DNA of 60,137 bases, counting the filler, from Ionaspis alba (Eukaryota): NCBI GenBank assembly GCA_964255285.1. It is 8 parts of 8 records of this genome, joined end to end, with 100 filler letters (N's around TTAATTAATTAA, not from the genome) between each part and the next. Parts side by side here need not be neighbours in the genome. Positions count along the whole stretch, not along the records: positions 37,760 to 45,160 come from CAXUUL010000833.1; positions 45,261 to 52,653 come from CAXUUL010000834.1; 6 more parts are not named here. One strand, 5' to 3'. How positions within the stretch are numbered: the stretch's first letter is position 1; each line of letters opens with the position of its first letter. Positions 37,760 to 49,486 of this stretch are shown here, piece after piece. The translations under genes and the position numbers were made by a program. The notes under the pieces are model-generated. The model had not been told where the DNA came from and searched no databases. It saw only the letters and a list, made by a program, of their open reading frames with translations.

Positions 37760-39730
37760 AGGGAGGGGGGAGGGGGGAGGCGCGCGTGCGAGCGGTGGGG
37801 CTGGCGACCGTGGATGCAGGAGGGTTGTGGTAATTGCTGAGGGCTGGACTTAGACGCTAGTGAGGGTGGTGGGAAAGTTGTCATTGAGGAGAAGCTGTAG
37901 AGGGTGAGATGATGGGATTTTGGTACAGAGGTAGATTTGTTGCACTCTTTGGTGCTGATTATCGTAGATTGCCTTTTTCGTAGGATATCTATGCGGAAAG
38001 ATTCCTGAATGTTGGAATTTTTGTCGTGGTGACAGGGGATAGGCTGCTAGTCAGGAACGAAGCTCGTTCGATCGATTATTCTTCGATCTTTGCCGTGTCC
38101 TCCCGGCACTGGTGACGGTGGTGGTGGTGCCTGGTGCTAGAGAAGGGGATCATTTAGTTGCAACGCGCACGTTGTGTTGGCAACCATTTCAATCAATTCC
38201 GCGAGGATCCTGAGGTGTCGCTTGTGAAAAGTCCTGGTGCTTTGGGCTCGACTCAGGAAGTGCTTACGATCACCATCCGACCGTGGTTCTTTTGTGGCCG
38301 AGGGGGGTGGCTGTGAGACTTCGGCTTCCTCGAGGATCCATTTCCTACTCTGTCTCTGTCAAAGGTGGCGATCTGACCTATCCCATGTTACCCGCCGTAT
38401 GTCGCAGACCTTCAATCAACCCACACGGCGACACGCTGAAGTGACCTGTTTCGATGTTTCTACATCGTCATGTATTATTAACCTGAAGCCGCCCGCAAAA
38501 GATCCGAATCCCTCTTTCGGATCGATTGTCGAGCTCGATCCATTTGTTCCGACAGAATCCAGCCAGCGTGTCGCCGAGGAGTGGAGATTTCAGGGATCCG
38601 TTGGTTCTGCAGGAAGTAGGAACGGCATCCTGGGCCGCTGTTCCTTGCATATCGATAAGGGGGCGGGCGCTCTAGAAGGACTGAAAGGGCGACAGCCTGT
38701 TGTGCTCCATGTGCTCTGGCGGCCTTTTCGGTGTGCACCGCTAAACTCGTAGGAGGAAAAAATCCATCAAGCCACTTTTTGCACCCACGAACCCCTCGAA
38801 TCTTATCCAACTTCTAGTCATTGCCGAGCGACGTCAGCAGCTTTCTCCTGAGGCTCGCATCTTCGTAGACTGTCAGATTTTCGAATCCTTGGGAGGGTCT
38901 TGAACGTGTTATCTGTCATTTACTGTTCGCTAGACTGATCGTACGAGTCTGAAGTTGAGATGGTGAAGACGTATCGTTTCGACGTGCCGATGTTGTTTCA
39001 AAACAATGAGCCGAACCGGTAGAGCGGTAGCCTGCCAATAATCTTGTTTCTGCCGCCGGCGAACAAAACATTTCAAGGCCATCCTTGAAACAACTGCGTA
39101 CCGAAGCTTCCGTTTTTCGTCGATGGCTTACTGCATCTTTAAGTCTAAGCACTTTTGATCAGCAAAGTTCGAGCCATGATTTCGATTACTACTATTTCCG
39201 TGAATAGGATGTGTTGTTGTTGCACCAAGGGCGAAGATTTACCCAAGCGCCTTTGCTAACTGCAGCCAAAGTGCCTGCATGCGCGCGCAGGGGGTTCAAT
39301 AATATTGGTACTACTATCTGACCATCTGCTGAGCTAGATGAATATGTTACCGTGGTTTTGATTGTTTCATGATCCTCTCTCGTTGTTAGCGTCGTCTGTG
39401 AATGCAGCTGGGTTCTTTGTCGTGCTTCTACTTAGACTCACCTTTGTCCCCTCCTTATCCTTGACTCTTGCTTCACCTCTATTTCCGCAACGTCCATCAC
39501 GCTTTGGCTGCGGTCACTTCACACGCTCTCTCAACACAGTCCTTACTTGCCTGTCGAGTTCTTGAAGAACTCTTCCATTCTTTCAGTCACATTCATTCAA
39601 ATAGACACCACATCGGCTCGACTGCCGCCCACACTCCCTCTCAAAACAACAGCAGAAGTCTAGATTTGATATCTAGCCCTTTCTTCATCGAGAACTTCAG
39701 ATCAAGTCGAATTCTCACTCCTTGTTCAAT

Positions 39731-42005
39731 ATGGTTTCCAACAATATCAAGACCCTGACCTTTGGTCTACTGTCCGCTCTTGCCGTCCCTGCCGATGCTT
39801 ACTGGCGCATGAGTTGTGGTGGAACCCTTGTGGAAGGCCGAGTCGATTCTATCGTGACACCAGGTAAAGTGTCCGGACATACGCATGTCATTCTAGGTGG
39901 CAACGGTTTTGCACCGACCATGGACTACGCTTCAACGCAAAAATCGACTTGTACTTCCTGCGCCATTCAGGGCGACTTCTCCAACTACTGGATCCCCAAA
40001 CTCTACTATATCGACGAGAACAAGAATTTCCAAGACGTTCCTGTCAACGGCGGCACAGTCTACTACCAGTCAGTTTTCGCCCTTCTTCAGTGTTGAGCTT
40101 GTGTTGACTCTTCTTTAGGCAGCGTGTTACTTCACCCCACTCAAAAATGGTAGCCTTTCCCCCGGGCTTTCGCATGACTGCCGGTAGCCCAGAGCGACGA
40201 GACTACACCGGTCTCAAGAACGAAAAAGCCATCAGCCATGTTTGCTTGGGTGGCGGGATACCCGAAGCTGCACCCCTACCAAACGTCAAGTGCCCAGGTG
40301 GTATCCGATCCCAGATCTACTTCCCATCCTGCTGGGACGGCAAGAACTTGGATTCAGATGACCACCAGTCCCACATGTCATACCCAATGGGCAACAACTT
40401 CAATTCTGGTGTCTGTCCCGATACCCACCCGATCCCATTCATTTCCATCTTCTTCGAGTTTATTTTCTCGACCGCAGACTTCAAATGGCCTGATCCAAAT
40501 CAGCAACCTTTCGTCTACTCCATGGGTGACACAACTGGCTACGGGCTTCACGGAGATTTCGTAAGCTTTCTCCGATTTCTTTATATTGTCGTCCACTAAC
40601 AACCAATCTTTTATAGTTCAATGGATGGGATCCCAAGATCCTCCAGAACGGCATCGAAAAATTCACCACCATTGACTTCGGCGCCGTCGGCAACATGGAG
40701 TTCCAAGGCATATTCTCCAAGCCTGCAGTGAGTGGCAACGAATGCAAAATGGCCCCTCTCGTGGACGAGCAAATCAACGGAAATTTGGCTTCTCTCCCCG
40801 GCTGCAACAAAGTCGACCGCTTCAACGGAGCCGACAAACCTTGCGTCAAGGGCGCTCCAGCTCTCGGTGTCGTCACAGCAGACATCTATACCGACGTCAC
40901 ATCGAAGGGATGGGAATACCTTGGCTGTGGAGTCGATCAATACGGCAACAATGCTTTGCCAACCAAGGTCGCGGATAATGACATGATGACCGTCGAAAGC
41001 TGTGTCGACGCGTGCGGAAAAGCAGGTTTCTCCATCTCCGGTCTGGAATATGCTCGCCAGTGCTTCTGCGGAAATACCCTCCCTCCTCGCGCCTCGCCTA
41101 CTCCTGGTGTCATCGGTAATTGCGATATGCCCTGCACCGGCAATCCCAAGCAGAAGTGCGGTGCTGGAAGCCGTTTGTCTTTGTACCAGAAGTGCAGCGC
41201 CGGTGCTTGTAAGAATGCTGATTTCGGGCTCGTCGGTCAAATGAGCGGCGGAACTGCACCTGCTGCCCCCGCTACTCCTACTACTGGAGCTCCAATGGGA
41301 GGCTCTTCACCTGCTGCCTCCTCTGCTGCTGCAGCTTCTTCCCCATCCGGCGGTTCTTCCGCCGGAGGATCTACACCTGGTGGCTCATCGACTGGAGGCT
41401 CCATGGGAGGATCAAGCGGAGGATACGGTATGGGTGGCATGGGCGGCAGCTCTTCGTCCAGCGCTGCCGCTGCAGCACCCAGCACAACGGGCATGATCCA
41501 TCCATCGAACCCGATTGCAACTGCTCCGGCTGAGCCATCCGCTCCCACACCACCATCTGCGCCAATATCCCCCGCCGCTCCTGGATCCCCAGCTGCCCCT
41601 CCACCGTCCAACGAAACCTCCGGCTCCGGCTCTGACTCCGAAGTCAAGCTCCCCACTGGCTGGAAATCAGCTGGATGCTACTCCGACAACCTCAATCCCC
41701 GCTCCTTGGACGGTATCACATTCGCCTGGTGGGGCGAGGCCATGACCTCTTCCGGCTGCGCCAAATACTGCGATGCTAAGGGCTTCAAGTATGCGGGCAC
41801 TGAGAACGCGGGCCAGTGTTTCTGTGGCAATGAGCTTAAGAAGGCGCAGACGATGCCGAGCTCCATGTGCGATAAGGCTTGCAATGGTGCGCCGGGCGAG
41901 AAGTGTGGCGGTGCGGGACATCTTAGTGTTTTTACTAAGGCGACGATGGGGAGAAGATCGAGGATTCATCGGCGTGTTGGGCACCATGGTGTTGTGGTTT
42001 CTTGA
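39731..42005 (+). CDS. Secreted DUF1996 protein with two WSC domains
   Basis: Signal peptide, RVDSIVTPG.VSGHTH, DFSNYWIP, FPSCWDGKNLDS.DH.SH and GYGLHGDF. Two WSC repeats (GLEYARQCFCGN; GTENAGQCFCGN) are separated by a G/S/P/A linker. Confidence 0.92.
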
Positions 42006-42616
42006 GGTGGGAATTGATGAATCGGGTAGATCGAGGGGTTGAAAAAAGGGAGTTGGGAATTTTATGAATGAGGGTTATGATGTGCAGATACTTCTTTTTC
42101 TTCTGCTGTTGCTGTGCTTCGCTTGGTTGCGTATTCACTTCTTCTTTGTGGTGTTCCAGAGAGAACAACAGATTCTTTGGACATCTCACGTTCGTTCGAG
42201 ACGACTGGGAGTTTTATGTGCTGGCTGTGTGCTGCACTGTGACGAACAGGCTTCGGGGATATATGTTAGATAGAGACTTAGGATAAGATAACATGGTCGC
42301 ATGTACCACTTCAATTCCATCTATTGAGAACTTGTGCAGTGTACGGCGCAACATAGCTTTGGATATTCTACGGGTGAGATTCACATGTGCGCTGTCGCTT
42401 TCATTTAAACTCCTTGTACTTGGCATCAGGGGGCAGCTCTGGAGATCCGAGTGCGGCGCGGACAAAATTCCACGCGCCGCGAGCAACGATCCATAGCTGT
42501 CATCTTCTCGCGACAACAATGCCAAGTGCCGCAATATCTTCAAGTATTCCTCATCGCAATATGGTCCGCCTTTTCCCATCTCCTACATAATTAGATGTCT
42601 TGCTTGATGAAATTCA

Positions 42617-44106
42617 ATGAACGGTTTTGCGAGTCATGGCCTTGACGAGGCTGCCTTTGGAGACAAGGGCGGCTTCTCGAGTGGATTGAAGACTTTTGAT
42701 GCTTTCCGTAAGCTGAGCTCCTACTTTGTTGCTTTTTTCATTGCCAAGTTGTATATTGCTCTTGCTACTCCATTGGCTCTTCGCTGCACTGGACAATTGG
42801 TCTACTCACCGTAACTGAATTGATTGTCCTTCTGCTAACATCGATACTTCGCAACAGCAAAGACCAAAGCCACCTACACCCGGCGATCAACAACAGGCGG
42901 CTACACTACAATACTCCTCATCATCTTCTCCACCCTCCTCTCCTTCACCGAACTCCGCCGCTGGTATGCCGGCCACGAGACTCAACAATTCAGCGTCGAA
43001 AAAGGCGTCTCCCAAACCCTGCAAATAAACCTCGATGCCGTAATCTCCATGAAATGTCAAGACCTCCACGTCAACGTCCAAGATGCCTCAGGCGATCGTA
43101 TCCTGGCTGGGGAGATGCTGAACCGAGACCCCACGTCCTGGGCCACGTGGGTCGATCCGAAGAACATCCATAGGCGCTCGAATGAGAATGATCGCATAAC
43201 GAGAGAGCAGGCGGAGGAGGAAGATACGCATGTGGGACATGTGCTGGGGGAGGTAAGGAGGGGGAAAAGGGCGTTCAAGAAGACGCCCAAGACGCCGAAG
43301 GGGATGCCCGAGGATGCTTGTAGGATTTTTGGGAGTTTAGAGGGAAATAAGGTGCAAGGGGATTTTCATATTACGGCGAGAGGGCATGGATATATGGAGT
43401 TTGGGGAGCATTTGAGCCATGAATGTGAGTTGCGACCCCTCCTCCACCCCTACATATCCGGTCTCTGCTTTTGCGTTCGGCCCAGCACTGTTACACAACC
43501 TTCTTTGCCCCTCTCAGAACACATTAAAAGGACCTCCCATTCTCCATTCTCTCCTTTACTGACACAAAGACACTTCCAGCATTCAACTTCTCCCACCTAA
43601 TCAACGAACTCTCCTTCGGCCCACTCTACCCCTCCCTCCTCAACCCCCTCGACCGCACCCTCGCCACAACAGAAGCCCACTTCAACCGCTTCCAATACTA
43701 CCTCTCCATCGTCCCCACAATCTACACCCGCTCCGCCAACCCCAAACTGCCATCCCCAAAAAGCAAAAAACTCTCCCGCGACACCATCCTCACGAATCAG
43801 TACGCCGTGACCTCGCAATCGCATCCCGTGCCAGAGCAGTCGATTCCGGGCATTTTCTTCAAATTCGATATCGAGCCTATTTTGCTGACGATCAGCGAGA
43901 CGAGGGGTGGCTTCTTGGCGCTTGTGGTGAAGATTGTTAATGTGGTCAGCGGAGTCTTGGTTGGGGGCGGTTGGTGCTATCAGCTTTGGGATTGGGGGAG
44001 GAATGATTTGGCCGGGGAGAAGAGGAGGAGGGCGAGGAGTGCGGTGGGGGAGGGGATGTTGCATGGGAGGAAGGAGGAAGAAGACGAGGGCGATGAAGCG
44101 GACTGA
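42617..44106 (+). CDS. ERV41: ER-derived vesicle protein Erv41 (ERGIC2)
   Basis: LKTFDAFP|KTK, FSVEKGVS, CRIFGSLEGNKVQGDFHITARGHGY, NFSHLINELSFG and PGIFFKFDIEPI. Confidence 0.92.
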
Positions 44107-44619
44107 GGGCCTGGATTTCAAGGAGGGTGTTGGGCAAGTTGGTTGGGAGGAGTTACATGGAGGGTATTGTGTCCTGTACATTTATTCTATCCCGTTCTCT
44201 AGAAATTCTTGTTTTTATTCCTTTCTATTATTGCCATGCTGCCTGATGGCCGCCCTCTTGATCGCTTGCTTCGTCTATATATGACTTGTCTGATTTCAGT
44301 CTTCCACTCCGAAAGGTCGAGGTGTCTGTCCTCATGACTGCCAGATCAAAACCAGGAATACGAGAACAGATTGTTGCTTCGTCAGCGCCAGGGGAGACGG
44401 TGTTCCAGAAGAGAACAGCAAAACCGAAGACCCATCAACCAACATTCGTCTTGACGATTTCAACGTCGCCACCATACTCCTCTCCCGTGATTCAGGTTTC
44501 CTGGGTCAGAATTGGCCTTGTGAGTCCGATAACAAAGGGATGCCGAGGGCTCTACGGGAGCCGTTAGTCAACCCGTTTAAACTGCTAGTCAAGGCTGGAG
44601 ACTTCGACGTGGATAGCTA

Positions 44620-45160
44620 CAAAGCTACCATAGCTGACCAAGGATAGTACTTTGGACTGTAGAAAGGACTCCACGCGTTTTTTGGGCAAAAAAGGAAAGA
44701 TGCTGGTGTATAGAAGATACGCTTTTGGAACGAAAAATCTAAATATATCGAGTTCGGATGGCGCAAGGATTTAAAATACTTTACATACTTTTTTGGGGGG
44801 ACCTTTAAGCCGCCGGTTTTCGAGACACTACTATCGCCGCACCAAATTGCGACCACAATAAAATTGATCCTACGAAACTGACTACCTATGAGTAATATGA
44901 TATTGTATTTATGATTTGGTTAAGGCAAAATTATATATTACATGCCAAGCGAGCTAAATCTAAACATTTCACAGCAGCCTCAGAGATCCTGTCAAGGAGG
45001 GAAAGAGCCAAGGGGATCGGACAATAGTTTAACCGCCAATAGCGTAATCTAGATAATACTTCTTGCCCTTTAAATATTTAAAAAATATATATTTTGTATT
45101 TTATCGTTGGTTGTATAGTTTTTTTATAATTTTTTCGCGAAAACCAGCGGAATATTAAAT
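44620..45160. other. Increasingly AT-rich non-coding scaffold end (possible degenerate repeat)
   Basis: Compositional shift with many TA dinucleotides; no recognisable ORF. Confidence 0.35.
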
Positions 45161-45260
45161 NNNNNNNNNNNNNNNNNNNNNNNNNNNNNNNNNNNNNNNN
45201 NNNNTTAATTAATTAANNNNNNNNNNNNNNNNNNNNNNNNNNNNNNNNNNNNNNNNNNNN
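45161..45260. other. Artificial scaffold linker
   Basis: 44N-TTAATTAATTAA-44N. Confidence 0.98.
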
Positions 45261-45285
45261 TTTACTACAGCAACTACCAGAGCAA

Positions 45286-48159
45286 CTACAAATAATCAGC
45301 CGCCCTCGCTCGCTCCCCACCTCTCCTTTCCTCCCCTGCCTTTGGTCCAACACCACGACCTTCATAACTCGGACTCCGTCTTCTTCCACCTCCAACCCAA
45401 GCATTTCTAGCGCCACCTCGGCCACCCCTTTCTCCACCACCCCGTCCACCTCCTCTTACACCACCACCATCTCTCCTGACTCTGTCTTCCACCTCCGGAC
45501 TACTCGTATTCCTCCTCCTTCTCGCACCCCGCTCACTCCTCCGACTATCCACCGAAGAGCTACTCCTCCTTCTTCTCAAGCCGCCCGTTTCCCTTTCCCT
45601 CGATCGACTCCAGGAAGGCGAATACCCACCTTTCCCACCACCGCGTCGGAAGGGCAACGGCGACCTTGATCGCTCACGACTTTCCCTCCTCGCACCTCTC
45701 CTCATCGGTGGCGACCTAGATCTCGATCTCGATCTCGAAACTGACAGGCCTCTTGCACCTCTCCCAGCAGGAGCCCTTCTCGGGGGCGGCGTCACGGAGC
45801 GCGAATAATTCCTTCTCGTACCTCTTCCGGCACCGTTCCTTCGAGGCCGAGATTGCGATCTCGATCTCGAGCGCGAGGAATAAGAAGGCGAGCGCCTCCG
45901 CCTGCGGTAGGCATCCTCACTAATCGAACGGTCGCGGCCGCGTGGCGCGAGTCTGCGCGGTGGAGAGCGGGAGATGGGTCGTGCTGGACGAGACACTGGC
46001 GGAGGAGAAGACAGCTGTCTGCGACGAGGTGGCGGTGATCGCGAACGTGAAGCTGAAGGTGAGGTGGAATATCTGCGAGCCCGACCACCACCGTTCTTGC
46101 GGGGAGGCGAGCGCGAAGGTGAGCGTGTGTAGCTTCTTCCACGGCGGTCGCGAGTGCGTGAGGGGGAGCGAGAGCGCGAATAGGAGCTCGAGGAGCCGGT
46201 GTAGGAGGAGTAGCTCGAGACGGAGTCGGAATCGGAGTCGGACTCTGGCCTGGGGGCTGGCAGGGCTGGAATGACAGGTTTGGGCATGTTCTTGAGATGC
46301 TCGCGCATTTCCTCGGTGACAGCGCCCATGCCGATGCTGGTGAAGTAATTGATTGAGAAGCGGGTATTGCGGGCGTTATCTTTGGGGAAGATGCCGTCAT
46401 AGCTGGAGCGGAGGAGGTCGTCTTTAAGGCGGGCCTGGAGTTTGGCCGTGCCGAGGGCTTCGGCGAGGTCTTGGAAGAGGATTTTGATAAAGATGCGGGA
46501 GCTGGAGGTCGTTTCTTCTTCGTTGAGGTGGATGATGGACAGGACGTGCCAGCCAATAGCGTCTGAGCTAAGCATGTGCCCGAAGAAGCGGGCGATGTTT
46601 CGAAGGCGGTTGGTTTCGTAGCGGTGGATGGTGTCGTAGTATTTGGCGAAGGAGGCTTCGAAGAGCTCGGTCCAGAGCCGGTTGAGCTTTGCGAAGCGCT
46701 CGCCGATGAGGCCGTAGAATTTGGAATAGGTACGTTCCTGGGAGCAGCATTCGATGACCATGGAGGGAAGTTCGGGTTCTTGCCCTGGTGGGAGGTTGAC
46801 TTTCATGAGTTTGTGACAGCATTCTTCGAAGTCGATGCTGGACATGATGGTGAGGTAGATGGTTCTTCGAAGATTGACAAGATCAGTGTTGCTCTGGTCC
46901 TTGATTTCCATCTCCCGTTCTTCTTTGGCTTCTTCGTCGTCCGAACTATCCTCGTCGTCGTCTTCGTCATCATCGTCACTCCCGGATGCTTCTCCCAAAA
47001 TCTCGGCTTTCAATTTCTTATAGGCCTCTTCATGCTCCTCCCACTCCGGATCGAACTTAAAAACATTGAGACCATCTTGAACTTCGACATCATCATCTAA
47101 ACTTATTCGATGAGTGATCTGGTCCTCCTCTTCCACCAAGTCCAATTCCTCTTTGATAGCAGGATTGTCCTTGTACTTGTCCTTTCGTACTTGGAAAAGA
47201 ACCTCGATCATGTATTGGACCCTCTTGTCGATGTCCTGCTCATGAAGAATGCTCCGAAATTGGTCAAAAACAGCCAAAGCAATGGGTCCGCTCATCTCCT
47301 CAAGATGCTGCCCAACTTCTCTCGTCAGACCAACTGCAATCTCAACACTGTCATCGGTGGGCTTGTGAAGGAGAAGCAACAATATCTGCGCAGCTACCAT
47401 CTCATGTGCCACCTGTTGGTTGACCAGATGTGCAATAAATGTTGTAGAAGACAAACAGACAGCTTTATCATTCCTCTTGAAAGCCTTCTTGAATTGAACG
47501 ATCAAACGATTGAGCAAGAGCTCTCCAACCTGAGGAAGTTTCGTGTTGACAATAGCCGCCATAGCTGCATATATCGGCGTGAATGGCAAGCTTGCGGCCT
47601 GAGCTTTCATGATACTTCTGCAGAATAGCCCTCTTCCACGAACCAAATTCTCCCCGAACAGCTCGGGCACAATATGCTTGATATTTGACACGTTGACCTT
47701 GTTGATCAACCCATTTATTGACTTCTTCAGTGCTTCCCACGCCATTCGCTGATATTCCTTGCTCTTCTTGTCCGTAATTTGGGCTTGTAGTGCACGTAAC
47801 CTCGCGGGAGGAATATACGTTCCTCCGGAGCGCATGTTAAGGAGTTTCTCATACTCTGCCTTAGCTGCAGCTTGTTTCTCCTCCTCAGTAAGTGGCTTTG
47901 GTGGAGCGGAGGCATCTTTTTGTAGTCGGAGCATTTCAACGCGCTGCCGTTCCCGTTCCACAGCCCTCTGAGGATCGACATCTGGAAGGGATGGGCCATT
48001 TCGCACAGGACCTCGGGGAGGGGATCGGCGCCGACGAGGCGAAGGTGAGCGAGAGGGAGGAGACCTTTTACGTTTGGTAGACGAAAACTCGGGCAGGCTG
48101 TCGGGCGGAGGTGGTGTTGGTAGTCGGACTGCCGACTGGATAACAACTGGATCCTCCAT
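45286..48159 (-). CDS. CWC22: Pre-mRNA splicing factor Cwc22 (MIF4G + MA3, RS-rich tail)
   Basis: [45 protein letters not shown] and [13 protein letters not shown]; single 957-aa ORF. Confidence 0.97.
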   Translation of the reverse strand: MEDPVVIQSAVRLPTPPPPDSLPEFSSTKRKRSPPSRSPSPRRRRSPPRGPVRNGPSLPDVDPQRAVERERQRVEMLRLQKDASAPPKPLTEEEKQAAAKAEYEKLLNMRSGGTYIPPARLRALQAQITDKKSKEYQRMAWEALKKSINGLINKVNVSNIKHIVPELFGENLVRGRGLFCRSIMKAQAASLPFTPIYAAMAAIVNTKLPQVGELLLNRLIVQFKKAFKRNDKAVCLSSTTFIAHLVNQQVAHEMVAAQILLLLLHKPTDDSVEIAVGLTREVGQHLEEMSGPIALAVFDQFRSILHEQDIDKRVQYMIEVLFQVRKDKYKDNPAIKEELDLVEEEDQITHRISLDDDVEVQDGLNVFKFDPEWEEHEEAYKKLKAEILGEASGSDDDDEDDDEDSSDDEEAKEEREMEIKDQSNTDLVNLRRTIYLTIMSSIDFEECCHKLMKVNLPPGQEPELPSMVIECCSQERTYSKFYGLIGERFAKLNRLWTELFEASFAKYYDTIHRYETNRLRNIARFFGHMLSSDAIGWHVLSIIHLNEEETTSSSRIFIKILFQDLAEALGTAKLQARLKDDLLRSSYDGIFPKDNARNTRFSINYFTSIGMGAVTEEMREHLKNMPKPVIPALPAPRPESDSDSDSVSSYSSYTGSSSSYSRSRSPSRTRDRRGRSYTRSPSRSPPRKNGGGRARRYSTSPSASRSRSPPPRRRQLSSPPPVSRPARPISRSPPRRLAPRGRDRSISEDAYRRRRRSPSYSSRSRSRSQSRPRRNGAGRGTRRNYSRSVTPPPRRAPAGRGARGLSVSRSRSRSRSPPMRRGARRESRERSRSPLPFRRGGGKGGYSPSWSRSRERETGGLRRRRSSSSVDSRRSERGARRRRNTSSPEVEDRVRRDGGGVRGGGRGGGERGGRGGARNAWVGGGRRRSPSYEGRGVGPKAGEERRGGERARAADYL

Positions 48160-48502
48160 TTCTCAAGGGAGATCTGAGCTGGTGAGTTGCCTTATCACAT
48201 GCCCTCCCGATCAGCAGAGTACACCAAGGCAGACATAGACGTTGTGGTTGACATTTAGGGTTTGTTTGGACATGATGCTGGTTGAAGTCGATCCAGCGTA
48301 AGAACAGTCAAAATTATGGTCTGAGACGCTAGTGAGTATCCCGCCAAGCCTGAATTCCTGCTGTATGGCGCGTAGGGCTTCGTGGTCGAGTATCAGCTAT
48401 TTCCTCCTCCATACACAATCCTATTTGGCAAAGCTGCTATTGTCACTCCTTTAGGAGTTCTCGTTGCTCAACCCGCTCATTTGTCTGCGTCTTCTCCCAA
48501 AA

Positions 48503-48928
48503 ATGGTCAGCTCCCTTCCCTTGCTACCACTAATTCAATGCTAACAACTCAAGCTCGACAAACTAGTCGGTCTAGCAATGCTCATAGTAGCTACAACAGT
48601 CTTTCTCTACTATACCACATGGACGCTCCTCATGGTCAGTCCTTCTGGCTCCTCCCGCTTCATCCTGTTTTGGCAGCCTACTGTCTCCGTTGCCGCAACC
48701 CTGCCCGAATTCGTGGATGGGTGATAAATCTGCTAATACCATGCACAGCCATTCGTTGACCCAGGCCACCCGCTCCACGACCTCTTCCCTCCCCGTGTCT
48801 GGGCTATCCGCATACCCGTGATCCTGATACTACTTGGCTCAGCGGTCGTGGGGAGCTTTCTATCTGTGGTGATGATAAGGAGTAATCGGAAGAAGGCCGC
48901 CAAAGCGGCCGGGAAGAAGAAAGCCTAG
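48503..48928 (+). CDS. DPM2: Dolichol-phosphate mannose synthase regulatory subunit Dpm2
   Basis: Exons 48503-48505, 48554-48634 and 48749-48928 give MLDKLVGLAMLIVATTVFLYYTTWTLLMPFVDPGHPLHDLFPPRVWAIRIPVILILLG...KKKA*. Missed by the ORF track. Confidence 0.92.
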
Positions 48929-49486
48929 GACTGTAATATCTACCTGAGAGGTTTGAGGGCCGAGGTCGGAGTCTACCACCGCTTTAGGATACACAGGACG
49001 GAAAGTGGACAGTGGAGAGAAGAGAGGAGAAAAGCTTAGTGGAAAGCAGACATGAAAAGCTCAATGGCCCAGGAAGGCGATGCGACGTACTTGACGAGCA
49101 TCACAATCACGGCCAAAGCTACACGCTCTGGGTTTCTGGGATCGATTGATGATCTCTGCTGTTGAAGTCCTTGGGCCTGATGGAGGATTCAATGTGAATC
49201 GGGCGCAAATAATACCCCAGGTCTTCAAATTTCATTTGGTCTCATTACTTTCCTGACAGAGAGACTAGAATACATGACATGATGCCAGGCTCTCTATCTT
49301 CCAGCAAAGTCCTTTCTCTTGCTCTCGAACGTATAATACATGTGCTGACACCACAAAAGCAGTCGGCAGACAAGTCTATCATACTTGTCCCATCTCATGC
49401 CCACTTCATCTGTTCTTGCCAGGGTCTTGTCTCTGCTCCCTTTTGACCCCGGACAGACCTTGACAAAAGCAGCCAACGAATCCCAC

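Noticed and set aside
37760..38810. Possible genes upstream of the WSC gene (ORF 38237-38752; minus-strand ATG at 37884 running off the edge)
   Set aside because: No recognisable motifs or convincing splice structure; cannot be supported.
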